Part shown: positions 37,885 through 48,881 of the stretch, piece by piece
Layout: each line of letters opens with the position of its first letter
Position numbering within the stretch: the first letter of the stretch is position 1
NCBI GenBank assembly: GCA_963704815.1
Contig: CAVPHU010000004.1
Location: forward strand, 2,354-66,353
DNA: 64,000 bases
Source: an uncultured Acidimicrobiaceae bacterium
GTDB taxonomy: Bacteria > Actinomycetota > Acidimicrobiia > Acidimicrobiales > Salinilacustritrichaceae
Direction: 5' to 3'
Notes under the pieces: generated by a model
The model's database searches: none
What the model was told of the DNA's origin: nothing
The model's input: only the letters and a program-made list of their open reading frames with translations
Translations under genes and position numbers: made by a program

Positions 37885-38745
37885 TCAGGGCTGCAGCAAC
37901 GCACCCAGCCGGCGACTGCCGACGGTCACGCCGACGACGACCATGGCGAGCAGATAGACGACGTTGACGACCAGGCTCGCATCGAGCTGCCCGAGCGTGA
38001 GCGCCCGGCAGAGTTCGACGCCCTGATAGAGCGGTGTCCACTCCACGAAGGTCCGAACACCGGCCGGGTACTGGGTGACGGGGAAGAACGTCGCCGAGAA
38101 CAGGAAGAGCGGGATGACGGCGAGGTTGATGTAGTCGAAGTCGACGTAGCTGCGCATGTAGGTCGATGCCGCCAGGCCGACCGCTCCGAACCCCGCGCCG
38201 ATCAGGACCGTCACCGGAAGCACGAACACTGCCAGCGGCGACTCGACGTAGCCCAGCACCGTCATGGTCGCGAGGAAGACCGTCGACGCCAGGAGTCCCC
38301 GCAGGAGGGCGAACAGGATCTCGCCCGTCGCCGTGTCGGTCGGCGTGAGGGGCGTCGAGAGGATGCCGTCGTAGGTCTTCATGTACTTGAACTTGATGAA
38401 GAAGTTGAACGTCGACTCGAAGATCGCACCGTTCATCGCAGCCGCCGCGAGCAGTCCGGGTGCGACGAAGGACTCGTACGAGACCAGTTCGCCGTTCGGG
38501 CCGGGCAGGTCGCCGACCAGGGCGCCGACGCCGATGCCGATGGACAGCAGGAACAGCACCGGTTCGACCAGCGCGGCGACCAGGACGAGGGCCCGGCGCC
38601 GGTACGCCAGAGCGTTGCGCTCGACGATGCGCCAGGTACGACCGAAGACGATCGGCGGCAGGATCCGAAGCCGGGGCCAGTGGGAGGCCACGGGTTCCTG
38701 ATGACCATCCGGCCGTCGTTCGCTCGACGACGTGTCGACGCTCAT
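37885..38745 (-). CDS. ABC-2 type transporter permease
   Basis: Six TM segments with an ABC-2 pattern. The ATG overlaps the upstream stop (ATGA). Confidence 0.75.
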   Translation of the reverse strand: MSVDTSSSERRPDGHQEPVASHWPRLRILPPIVFGRTWRIVERNALAYRRRALVLVAALVEPVLFLLSIGIGVGALVGDLPGPNGELVSYESFVAPGLLAAAAMNGAIFESTFNFFIKFKYMKTYDGILSTPLTPTDTATGEILFALLRGLLASTVFLATMTVLGYVESPLAVFVLPVTVLIGAGFGAVGLAASTYMRSYVDFDYINLAVIPLFLFSATFFPVTQYPAGVRTFVEWTPLYQGVELCRALTLGQLDASLVVNVVYLLAMVVVGVTVGSRRLGALLQP

Positions 38746-39521
38746 GCGGTCAACCTCGCGGTGAACCGGCGCACGCCGACGATCCAACCGGCCGTCACCA
38801 CGGCCAGGAGGAAGACCGTGTGGCCGATCGAGACCAGCGCGTCGAAGTCTCCCGTCGTGAACCCACGGGCCAGTTCGACCCCGTGCCAGAGCGGCGACAG
38901 CCATGCAACCGGTTGGAGCACGGAGGGCAGCTGGGAGAGCGGGAAGAACACACCCGAGAACAGGAACAGCGGGATGATCCCGATTCGCATGATGACCGAG
39001 AAGGACTCGTCGGTCTCGACGCCGGCCGAATACGCGGTGATCGGCGTGGCGAACGCAAGTGCCGTCAGCATGGCTGCGGGGAGAGCGAGCACCGCCCACC
39101 ACGAGACGACCGCACCGAGCAGTGCACCCACGACCAGGAAGCTCGCCGCGGTCATGGCTCCCCGGGTCATGGTCCACAGCACGTAGCCGCCGAACGCGTC
39201 GGCCGGTTGCATCGGGGTGGTCACCATGGCGTTGAAGGTCCCCTGCCACTTCATCCCGCCGAGGACCGGCCACAGCGACTCGCCCGCCGCCCCGAGCATG
39301 ATGGTGGCGCAGAGAAGCCCGGGAGCGACGAACACGAGATAGTCGAGGCCGCCGAGCTCGGCTGCGCCCGCGCCGTCGTCGACGAGGGAACCGAGCCCGA
39401 ACCCCATGGCCCCGAGGTAGAGCAGCGGCACGACGAACGTCGAGAACGCCACCCCGCGCCACAGCTTGGCGAACACGAGGGCCTGGCGCTCGTAGGAACG
39501 GAGGAGCGCGGGCGTGCTCAT
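38742..39521 (-). CDS. ABC-2 type transporter permease
   Basis: MSTPALLRSYERQALVFAKLWRG..., six TM segments, paralogous to the downstream permease. Confidence 0.75.
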   Translation of the reverse strand: MSTPALLRSYERQALVFAKLWRGVAFSTFVVPLLYLGAMGFGLGSLVDDGAGAAELGGLDYLVFVAPGLLCATIMLGAAGESLWPVLGGMKWQGTFNAMVTTPMQPADAFGGYVLWTMTRGAMTAASFLVVGALLGAVVSWWAVLALPAAMLTALAFATPITAYSAGVETDESFSVIMRIGIIPLFLFSGVFFPLSQLPSVLQPVAWLSPLWHGVELARGFTTGDFDALVSIGHTVFLLAVVTAGWIVGVRRFTARLTA

Positions 39522-39524
39522 GGC

Positions 39525-40460
39525 TCAGTCCTCGAGGGTGCGGCCGGTGAGACGGAGGAAGACGTCCTCGAGCGATGACCGACGCACGAGCACGTTGTGC
39601 TCCTCGACCCCGAGGCCGGCGAGCTTCGCCGAGGTGGCGTCGCCATCGGCGGTGTAGAGCAGCACGCGATCCGCCAGCCCCTCCACGCGATCGGCACAGG
39701 TCTGGTACTGCCGGACGAGGCCCTCGCGGTCCTCGCCCAGCGGGAAGCGCACCTCGACGACCTCGCGGGTCGAGTGCTCGGCGATGAGCGATCGGGGCGA
39801 GCCCTCGGCGACGATGCGGCCCTGATCCATGATCACCAGCCGGTCGCACAGCTGCTCGGCCTCGTCCATGTAGTGGGTGGTGAGGATCTGGGTCTTGCCC
39901 CGAGCCTTGAGCTGGTAGAGCCGCTCCCAGAGCATGTGTCGGGCCTGCGGATCGAGGCCGGTGGTCGGCTCGTCGAGCAGCACGATGTCGGGGTCGTTGA
40001 TGAGGGCCCGGGCGATGGTGAGGCGTCGCTTCATGCCGCCGGAGAGCGGGTCGACCTTGCTGTCGGCGCGGTCGCTGAGCTGGGCGAAGTCGAGCAACTC
40101 GGCGGCGCGTTCGGTGAGCACCGACCGCGGAAGCCCGAAGTAGCGGCCGTACACGATCATGTTGTCGAGCACCGTCAGCTCGATGTCGAGGGTGTCCTCC
40201 TGGGTGACGACGCCCAGACGCGAGCGGATCTCGGGACCCTGGCGGAGCGGGTCGAGTCCGAGCACGCGGAGCGATCCCTCCGTGAGCGGCGAGACACACC
40301 CGATCATCTTCATCGTCGAGGTCTTGCCTGCGCCGTTCGGTCCGAGAAAGCCGAACAGCTCGCCGGGCTCGACCGACACGTCGATGCCCGCGACCGCAGT
40401 GAAGTCGCCGAAGCGCTTCACCAACCCGCGAGCCTCGATCAGCCCCTCCCCCTCAGACAC
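39525..40460 (-). CDS. ABC transporter ATP-binding protein (DrrA/NodI-like)
   Basis: GFLGPNGAGKTST, LSGGMKRRLTIA, IVLLDEPTTGLD. Confidence 0.9.
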   Translation of the reverse strand: MSEGEGLIEARGLVKRFGDFTAVAGIDVSVEPGELFGFLGPNGAGKTSTMKMIGCVSPLTEGSLRVLGLDPLRQGPEIRSRLGVVTQEDTLDIELTVLDNMIVYGRYFGLPRSVLTERAAELLDFAQLSDRADSKVDPLSGGMKRRLTIARALINDPDIVLLDEPTTGLDPQARHMLWERLYQLKARGKTQILTTHYMDEAEQLCDRLVIMDQGRIVAEGSPRSLIAEHSTREVVEVRFPLGEDREGLVRQYQTCADRVEGLADRVLLYTADGDATSAKLAGLGVEEHNVLVRRSSLEDVFLRLTGRTLED

Positions 40461-40520
40461 GGTTGCGGACCGTACCGGTCACCACCGTCGCGGCAGCAAC
40501 AGATTCCCTCCGGTTCCTCG

Positions 40521-40561
40521 TCCGGTTCGAGCCACCCTGTGGCCTGAACCGGACAGAGATC
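40521..40561. repeat. Hairpin repeat family 2, copy B (TCCGGTT-cga-GCCAC-CCT-GTGGC-ctg-AACCGGACAGAGATC)
   Basis: Read directly. It lies 13 nt past the glpD stop on the minus strand. Confidence 0.85.
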
Positions 40562-40573
40562 ACGGCGCGGGGG

Positions 40574-42202
40574 TCAGCCGGCTGCGACGAAGGACGTGCC
40601 GAAGTGAGCCTTGAGCTTGGCGTCGGCCTCGGCGCCGAACAGCACCTCGGCGACCTCGCGGAGCCCGAGCGAGGCCCGGACGTCGGCATCGCCGACGACC
40701 ATCGAGATCTTGCTGCGGCGACGGAGGAAGTCGTCGAGCCGCACGACCATCTCGTCGTGCGCCGTGTGACGGAGCTCGACACGCAGGTAATCGGCCGAAT
40801 CCATGATGTCGTCGCCCATCGCCGGGTCCTCCCGGATGTCGTCGATCATCTCGAAGGCTCGGCGGCCGTAGCGGCGCCACAGCCGGTCGGTGAGCGGTTC
40901 GACGCCCGGTTTGTCGCGCAGGTCGTCGAGCCTCATGGCATGGGCCTGGCGGGCGAAGGTCCGATACTCGGAGATGGGCGGCTCGCCGTACCAGCTGCCG
41001 TCGTCGCGAGACAGGTGGATGCCCAGGGCCTTCACCGCGTCGGCGATCTCCTCCCCGACGTTGAGGCAGTCGGTGAGCTTGCCGCCGAAGATGGTGACGA
41101 CGGACTGTGCGTGGTCGACATCGATCTCGTGCTTGCGCGACAACGAGGTCCACTCGGCATCGAGTTGATCGTCACCGTCGTTCTTCACCACGAGCGGCCG
41201 GCTGCCACACCGCTCGGAGATGATGTCGTCGGTCGTGAGCGGAGCCGGGAGATCGAGGCGGGCGTTGATCTGTTCGAGCAGGAAGATGCGGTCTTCGTCG
41301 GTCACGCCGATCGTGGGATCGTCGATCCGGGTGTCGGTGGTGCCGATGACGGACCGGTATCCCATCGGGATCACGTAGAAGAGGCGGCGGGTGTCGTCGA
41401 AGAACGCCAGCACCCGGTCGTTCGGGGTGAGCTGGTCGACGACCAGATGGATCCCCTTGGAGTGCACGATGCGATGCGGCGCCCGGACACCGAGCGAGTC
41501 GTTGAGCGGATCGGCGAACGGTCCGGCGGCGTTGACCACAACCCGAGCCGTACACGAGAACGTCGACCCGGACTCGACGTCGCGCAGCGATGCCTTCCAC
41601 AGCCCGGCTGCCCGTTCGGCCCCCTCGAAGCTCACGTAGTTGGCGGCGAGGCCGCCGAGGTCGAGCGACGATCGGACGAACCCGAACACGAAGCGGGCGT
41701 CGTTGTCCTTCAGGTAGGCGTCGGCGTACTCGACCCCACCGATCACGTTCGAGGTGTCGATGAGCGGCTCACGCTGTTCGATGGCCGGCTGGCTGAGCAT
41801 GCGCGGCGCGGCGGTGCGGAAGTTGCCGATGGCCCAGTAGGCGAACGCGCCGGCGCCTGCCAACCAACGGGGAAACGGCGCCGTGTCGCCGAGGCTCGCC
41901 AGGAACCCGATCTCCTGGATGCTCGACGGATAGGCCTTCATCAGCCGGTTGCGGCTCATGCACAGCTTGCGGACGAGGCCGATGTCGTAGTTCTCGAGGT
42001 ACTTGAACCCGCCCCACACCAGGTTCGACGACTCCTGGCTCGTGGCACTGGCGAAGTCGCCACGGTCGATGAGCGCGACCCGCGCGCCTCGACCCGCCAG
42101 CGATGCTGCCGCCACCGCCCCGTTGATGCCACCCCCGACGATCAGGACATCGAAATCGCCACCGTCGAGGCGCTCGAGGTAGGTCGCGCGAAGTTCAGAC
42201 AC
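40574..42202 (-). CDS. glpD: FAD-dependent glycerol-3-phosphate dehydrogenase
   Basis: DVLIVGGGINGAVAAASLAGRGARVALIDRGDFASATSQESSNLVWGGFKYLE. About 540 aa with a C-terminal GlpD-type domain. Confidence 0.85.
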   Translation of the reverse strand: MSELRATYLERLDGGDFDVLIVGGGINGAVAAASLAGRGARVALIDRGDFASATSQESSNLVWGGFKYLENYDIGLVRKLCMSRNRLMKAYPSSIQEIGFLASLGDTAPFPRWLAGAGAFAYWAIGNFRTAAPRMLSQPAIEQREPLIDTSNVIGGVEYADAYLKDNDARFVFGFVRSSLDLGGLAANYVSFEGAERAAGLWKASLRDVESGSTFSCTARVVVNAAGPFADPLNDSLGVRAPHRIVHSKGIHLVVDQLTPNDRVLAFFDDTRRLFYVIPMGYRSVIGTTDTRIDDPTIGVTDEDRIFLLEQINARLDLPAPLTTDDIISERCGSRPLVVKNDGDDQLDAEWTSLSRKHEIDVDHAQSVVTIFGGKLTDCLNVGEEIADAVKALGIHLSRDDGSWYGEPPISEYRTFARQAHAMRLDDLRDKPGVEPLTDRLWRRYGRRAFEMIDDIREDPAMGDDIMDSADYLRVELRHTAHDEMVVRLDDFLRRRSKISMVVGDADVRASLGLREVAEVLFGAEADAKLKAHFGTSFVAAG

Positions 42203-42376
42203 GACGTCGCACGAGGGCCCGACTCTTCACGGTCCGACGGTACCGGAGCCGAGCCTGGGCGCCGCGAACACGGGGTCGGCACCGAAGGATCACCGGTCAG
42301 CGGCGCTGCGGCGGCAGACTCAGGGCATTTCTTCCCTCGCGTCCGGTGTCGTCGACGACCACCGTCGCGACGAGCG

Positions 42377-42712
42377 ATGAGCACCGACCTCGCGCCCGCG
42401 TTCTCGGTGCGCAACCGCAACGGTTCGACCTCCGACGACCTCGACACCGTCGATCTCGGCGCCGTGCTCGGCCAACTCGGCGACGCCGACGACGACCATC
42501 GCCGGTCGTCGGTCGCGCTCACCCACCACACGGGTTGGTCCATCGAGGCGTTCTCATCCGGGCGGCTCGTCCTGACCCACCCGTCCGAGGCGCCTCGGCG
42601 CCTCAGTGGGGCGACCCCCGAACTGATCGCCGGCTTGTGGGCGAGCCTCTCGGTGGGCGACCTCGACACCATCGAGGCCCAGGCCTGGCGTCCGGTCGAC
42701 GACGCCGCCTGA
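42377..42712 (+). CDS. Hypothetical protein (111 aa)
   Basis: High-GC3 tail of a longer track ORF. Start at MSTDLAPAF. No recognisable domain. Confidence 0.4.
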   Translation: MSTDLAPAFSVRNRNGSTSDDLDTVDLGAVLGQLGDADDDHRRSSVALTHHTGWSIEAFSSGRLVLTHPSEAPRRLSGATPELIAGLWASLSVGDLDTIEAQAWRPVDDAA

Positions 42713-42758
42713 TCATCCCTCCGTCGGGGACCCTGTCCATCGATCGGAGCGCCATCGG

Positions 42759-43912
<1,154 letters not shown>

Positions 43913-43913
<1 letters not shown>

Positions 43914-45892
43914 TGGACTCACGATGGGACGGCTCGGCGCCCTCGCCCGACGACCCGATCGCCGAATGCGTCCACTGCACCCGGCTCATCGGAAGCGACC
44001 CGGCCCTGGTGCTGCACGGCGGTGGCAACAGTTCGGTGAAGGCACCGGTCGACGACATCACCGGTCGTACCGTCGAGGCCATCCACGTCAAGGGCTCGGG
44101 CTGGGACATGGCGACCATCGAAGCCGGCGGTCTGACACCGCTGCGACTCGACCGTGTCCGGGACCTCGCGGCGGTCGAGGCGCTGACCGACCGCGAGATG
44201 ATGCGCGAGCTCGGAGCAGCCAAGCTCGACCCGGCGGCACCCAACCCATCGGTCGAGACCCTGCTGCATGCGATGCTCCCCCACCGGGCCGTCCAGCACA
44301 GCCACGCCGACGTGATCGTCAACCTCACCAACCTCGAGAACGGCAACGACGTCGTGCGCGAGGTCTACGGCAACGACGTGGTCGTCGTTCCCTACGTCAT
44401 GCCCGGCTTCGATCTGGCCAAGCTGGTCCGGGAACGGTGGCCGGCGGATTCGCACGAGGGCACCACCGGCATGGTGCTGTTGAACCACGGCCTGTTCACC
44501 TTCGGTGACACCTCGGCCGAGGCCTACCAGCGCCATGTCGACCTGGTGACCCGAGCCGAGCAGTGGCTCGATCGGCACACGCCGGCCACCAGCCCAGACG
44601 CCGATGACCAGCCCGCCGCGCTGCCGTCGGGCCTGCTGACCGACCTGGCCGACCTGCGACGGACCATGTCCGAGGTGGCGGGCCGGCCGCTCGTCGTGCG
44701 CCGTCACACCGACGACGGGGTTCGCCGCTTCGTGGCTCGCCCCGACCTCGCGACGCTGGCGACGCGAGGTCCGCTCACGCCCGATCACGTGATCCGCACC
44801 AAGCGGATTCCCATGATCGGCCGCGACGTCGCCGGCTACGCGGCCGACTACTCGGCCTACATCGAGCGGAACGCTCCGAGGGTCCGAGGAGGCGTGCGCG
44901 AACTCGACGGTGCGCCCCGGATCGTCCTCGACCCGGAGCTCGGGATGCTCGCCGCGGGAGCGTCGATGAAGGCGGCCCGGATCGCCGCTGACATCTACCA
45001 CCACACCATGCCGGTCCTGACTCGGTCCGAAGACCATCTCGGCGGCTACGTGGCCCTCGACGAAGCCGACATCTTCGACGTCGAGTACTGGGACCTCGAG
45101 CAGGCGAAGCTCGCGATGGGCGGAACACCACCGCCGCTCCAAGGACAGGTGGGGTTGGTCACCGGTGCCGCATCGGGCATCGGCCGGGCGTGCGCGGCGA
45201 TGCTTCTCGAACGGGGGGCGTGCGTGTTGGGCGTCGACGTCGCCGAGTCGGTCGGCGACACGTTCGACGACGAGACGTGGCTCGGCGTCACCGCCGACGT
45301 CACCGATCGAGCCTCGGTCTCCCACGCGATCGGAGCCGCCGTCGAGCGATTCGGTGGTCTCGACGTGCTCGTGCTGTCGGCCGGGCTGTTCGGTGCCAGC
45401 CGGCCCATCGCCGAGGCCGACCCTTCCGGGTGGCGCGACGTCATGGCGGTGAACGTCGACAGCGTGGTGTCGTTGCTCGCCGACACCCATCCACTCCTCG
45501 CACGATCGCCGGTGGGCGGGCGCGTGGTCGTCATCGGGTCGAAGAACGTGGCCGCACCGGGTCGGGGCGCTGCGGCCTACTCGGCCTCGAAGGCGGCGCT
45601 GACCCAGCTCGCCCGGGTCGCCGCCCTCGAGTGGGCCGGCGACGGCATCACCGTGAACACGGTGCATCCCGATGCGGTGTTCGACACGGCGCTCTGGTCC
45701 GACGAACTGCTCGCCGAGCGGGCCGCCGCCCACCGCCTCACCGTCGAGGAGTACAAGCGGCGGAACCTGCTGGGCACCGAGGTGACCTCGACCATCGTGG
45801 CCGAGGTGGTCGGCGGGCTCTGCAGTCCGGCGTTCCGCGCCACCACCGGCGCCCAGATCCCCATCGACGGCGGCAACGAACGGGTCGTCTAG
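43913..45892 (+). CDS. Bifunctional class II aldolase / short-chain dehydrogenase fusion (RhaEW-like architecture)
   Basis: N-terminal aldolase: LHGGGNSSVK, PSVETLLHAMLPHRAVQHSHAD. C-terminal SDR: LVTGAASGIGRA, YSASKAAL. The ATG overlaps the mtnA stop (TGATG). Confidence 0.85.
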
Positions 45893-45908
45893 TCACCCGA
45901 AGCGGGCT

Positions 45909-46730
45909 TCAACCACTGGGCGTGAAGTGGACCTCGTCGCCTTCGCTGATCGTGCCCGGGGTCCTCACCTCGGCGTAGACGCCCAGGCAGGCGAAGTCGC
46001 CGAAGCCCCCGACATCGTGGCGGTTGTGTTCGGCGATCTTCTCGAGGACATCCGGCCGCCGGTCGAGGTCACCTTGGGCGACGGTCGTCATGACGCACCG
46101 CGGCGACGGGTCGCCGACCACGATCTCGACGTCGCCGATCGTGAGCGTGCCGCCCCTCCAGCCTTCCTCGACCATGCCGTCGCCATCGGCGGCGATGACC
46201 AGGCTCGGCCGGAACCGGCGCACGTCGGCGACCGCGTCGCCAACCCACCCATCGAGCGTTCTCATCGACGCAGTCGTCAGCAGGTGAAGGGTTGCGAGAT
46301 CGACGAAGCTCGGTGAGTCGGTTTCCATCGCGACCGGGAAGTCCATCTCACCCGACAGCACCAGACCCTCGATCTCCGGCCACTCCGACGCATAGACCTC
46401 GTCGACCGGAGCTTCGCTCACCACCTCGACCGGGCGTCCCACGGCATCGCTCAGCAACGACGCAGCCGAAGGATCGTCGAGCCGAATCCGCTCGCCGTGC
46501 GGCGTGGTGACCTCGGCACTGCCACCGCTGAGCACCACCGAGAAGTCGAGCAGGTGCCCCCAGCGAGCCGGCCGCTTGGCGCTCACGATCTTGCCGGTCT
46601 CGGTGTCTCGCAGCGCCCACCGCCGGTCACCGTCGATCCCGCCGGTGTCGAGCGCCGATGCATCCAACCGCTCACCCGCCATCGATTTCACCGGATAGCG
46701 CCAGATCTCGGCCACGGTCCCGACCTGCAT
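45909..46730 (-). CDS. MOSC domain-containing protein
   Basis: MQVGTVAEIWRYPVKSMAGERL (MOSC_N) and ...GDPSPRCVMTT (conserved Cys). Confidence 0.8.
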   Translation of the reverse strand: MQVGTVAEIWRYPVKSMAGERLDASALDTGGIDGDRRWALRDTETGKIVSAKRPARWGHLLDFSVVLSGGSAEVTTPHGERIRLDDPSAASLLSDAVGRPVEVVSEAPVDEVYASEWPEIEGLVLSGEMDFPVAMETDSPSFVDLATLHLLTTASMRTLDGWVGDAVADVRRFRPSLVIAADGDGMVEEGWRGGTLTIGDVEIVVGDPSPRCVMTTVAQGDLDRRPDVLEKIAEHNRHDVGGFGDFACLGVYAEVRTPGTISEGDEVHFTPSG

Positions 46731-46888
46731 GGGCGCAGCGTAGCTGCGAGGTCGACGGTCAGCTCGAGGAGGACGAGCCCGAGTGGGACCCGTCGGCAAC
46801 GTCGGCGAACTCGACGTCCGCAGCCGCTGAGCCTCTCGACGAGGGCGGTCCACGGGGTCGTGGCGGGCGGTCTTGCTAGGTTCCGCTG

Positions 46889-47803
46889 GTGGTCGTCCCG
46901 CCGGCTGAGTCTTCCGGGGCCGCTCCGACCGTCGAGATCGTCCATCAGTTCCGAGGTGACGGGCGAGGCACGTTCGCGCTGTTCCACTTCGTGTGGGCGC
47001 AGCTCCATTGCACCGATGCACGGTTCGTGAAGCGGGTCTCGATTCTCGATGGCGACCAGGACTTCTGGGGGCAGCTGTTCGAACCGCCGGACACCGAGCT
47101 GTCGCCCTCGGGCGAGGAGATCCAGGTCCCGCTGCTCGGGTTCCGCGACTACTCGCCGCAACTCGACGGCGTGATCGACGAGGAGATCGACCAGAGCTTC
47201 ATCGTGCATCGCGTCTTTCTCGGCTACCCGACCGGCCGGGAGTTCCAGGCAACCCTCGAGGACGTCGAGCTCCGGAGGCGGATGGCGACGGCGGTCGAGG
47301 CGAACTGCCGGCCGCGCCGGTGGGTTCGTGTCGACGCGGAGCGTTCACGGGCGCACATGGGTCACGAGTTCGTGATCGGTCTGCACCTCCGGAGCACCTA
47401 TCACCTCGGCGCGGAGATGACGGCTGAGCGCTACATCCACGACGTCGTCGTTCCCGAGGTGCTCCGGATCGTCGAGGAGCGAGGCGTCGATGACTACGCC
47501 GTGTTCGTGGCGACCATCGTCGGGGACTATCTCAGGGAGTGCGAGGTGGCGTTCGGCGATCGACTCTTCCACCGCGACGTCGCCCTCGTCGATGATCCAT
47601 CGCTCGACTTCTTCTCACTCGATGCCACTGCGTTCGAGAAGGCGCGCGACGTCCTCGTGGACAGCCTGGTTCTGGCCGGCTGCGACTTCGTGTTGGGGGT
47701 ACCGTCGAACGTGCTCATCGCGACGCTGATCTTCAATCCCGAGCTGCCGTTCAAGACGTTCGACCACTTCGCCGACGCGGACGAAGCGCCTGCGTTCTGC
47801 TGA
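46889..47803 (+). CDS. Hypothetical protein with weak fucosyltransferase/NodZ-like glycosyltransferase motifs
   Basis: High GC3. VIGLHLRSTYH and DSLVLAGCDFVLGVPSNVLIATLIFNP resemble GT motif pairs. Assignment is tentative. Confidence 0.45.
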   Translation: MVVPPAESSGAAPTVEIVHQFRGDGRGTFALFHFVWAQLHCTDARFVKRVSILDGDQDFWGQLFEPPDTELSPSGEEIQVPLLGFRDYSPQLDGVIDEEIDQSFIVHRVFLGYPTGREFQATLEDVELRRRMATAVEANCRPRRWVRVDAERSRAHMGHEFVIGLHLRSTYHLGAEMTAERYIHDVVVPEVLRIVEERGVDDYAVFVATIVGDYLRECEVAFGDRLFHRDVALVDDPSLDFFSLDATAFEKARDVLVDSLVLAGCDFVLGVPSNVLIATLIFNPELPFKTFDHFADADEAPAFC

Positions 47804-47813
47804 TCGTTCCCGT

Positions 47814-48482
47814 GTGATCGTCTTCGTCGACTACGAGCACGAGCGGGGCCGCTCGGCCCCGTGGGGCGAGCGTTCGATGGCCGCTCGCACCAGGATCACC
47901 TACCGGCTCGAGGACCTGTCCGGACAGCCGTGCATGCTCGTGCGCTACGACCGCATCACCGAGCAGCTCGTCGACCGGATCGGTGCAACCGCGCTGTGCA
48001 TCAGTGGCAACGGCACCCCTCCCGACCGCTATGACCCCGAAGCGCTCCGACCGCTGCTCGACCTCGTCACCGGCCGCCGGCTCCCGGTCTTCGGCTTCTG
48101 CGGTGGCTTCCAGTTGCTCGCCGAGGCGCTCGGATCCGACCTCGTGCCGCTCGGCCCGACCGACGCGCCGCCGGCCGACGACAGCCCCTACCCACCCGGC
48201 ATCGGGCACGAGTACGGCTACGCACCCGTCGACGTCGTCGCCGAACACCCTTTGCTCGAAGGGCTCGGCGCGGCACCGGTCTTTCGCCATGCCCACATGC
48301 TCCACGTGCCCGAACCACCCGCCGGGTTCGAGGTCCTGGCCTCGACCGAGCTCACGCCGGTGCAGATGGCCGTCGACGACACCCACAAGATCGTCGGCAC
48401 CCAGTTCCATCCCGAGTACTGGACCGACGAGCACCCCGCCGGCCGGACGCTCATCGAGAACTTCTTCGCCTGGGTCGAGTAG
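47814..48482 (+). CDS. Class I glutamine amidotransferase-like protein
   Basis: PVFGFCGGFQLLAEALG (nucleophile elbow) and GTQFHPEY. Confidence 0.75.
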   Translation: MIVFVDYEHERGRSAPWGERSMAARTRITYRLEDLSGQPCMLVRYDRITEQLVDRIGATALCISGNGTPPDRYDPEALRPLLDLVTGRRLPVFGFCGGFQLLAEALGSDLVPLGPTDAPPADDSPYPPGIGHEYGYAPVDVVAEHPLLEGLGAAPVFRHAHMLHVPEPPAGFEVLASTELTPVQMAVDDTHKIVGTQFHPEYWTDEHPAGRTLIENFFAWVE

Positions 48483-48501
48483 CCGAGGGATCGAGGGCCG
48501 A

Positions 48502-48828
48502 TCAGGCGCCTTCGGGCTGGAACCAGAGCTCGATGATGGCCGAGTCCTCGGCGAACGCAGCGGCGTGCGACGTGCCGGCCGGCAGGTCGTACCAGTCGCC
48601 CGTGTCGTAGAAGCGCGACTCGCCGGAGACGATCAGTTCGAGGCGGCCCTTGGTGACGATCCCGACGTTGTGGGAGGGGTGGTCGTGGGCGTCGAGGGTC
48701 GTCCCGCCGGGGTAGGAGGCGAACAGGACGTCACACCCGTCGGCGGCGAGACGGAAGGCATCGAAGGGCCCGTCGAAGGCCGGGAGGTCGGTGATCTGGG
48801 CGGGGAAGTGGTCGACGGTGTCGCTCAT
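48502..48828 (-). CDS. Cupin domain protein
   Basis: 108 aa. GGTTLDAHDHPSHNVGIVTKGRLELIV...WYDLPAGTSHAA. Confidence 0.75.
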   Translation of the reverse strand: MSDTVDHFPAQITDLPAFDGPFDAFRLAADGCDVLFASYPGGTTLDAHDHPSHNVGIVTKGRLELIVSGESRFYDTGDWYDLPAGTSHAAAFAEDSAIIELWFQPEGA

Positions 48829-48881
48829 GGCACCACTCTGCCCGACGCCGATCTCCTACGGCTGGCAGACTCGGCATCACC

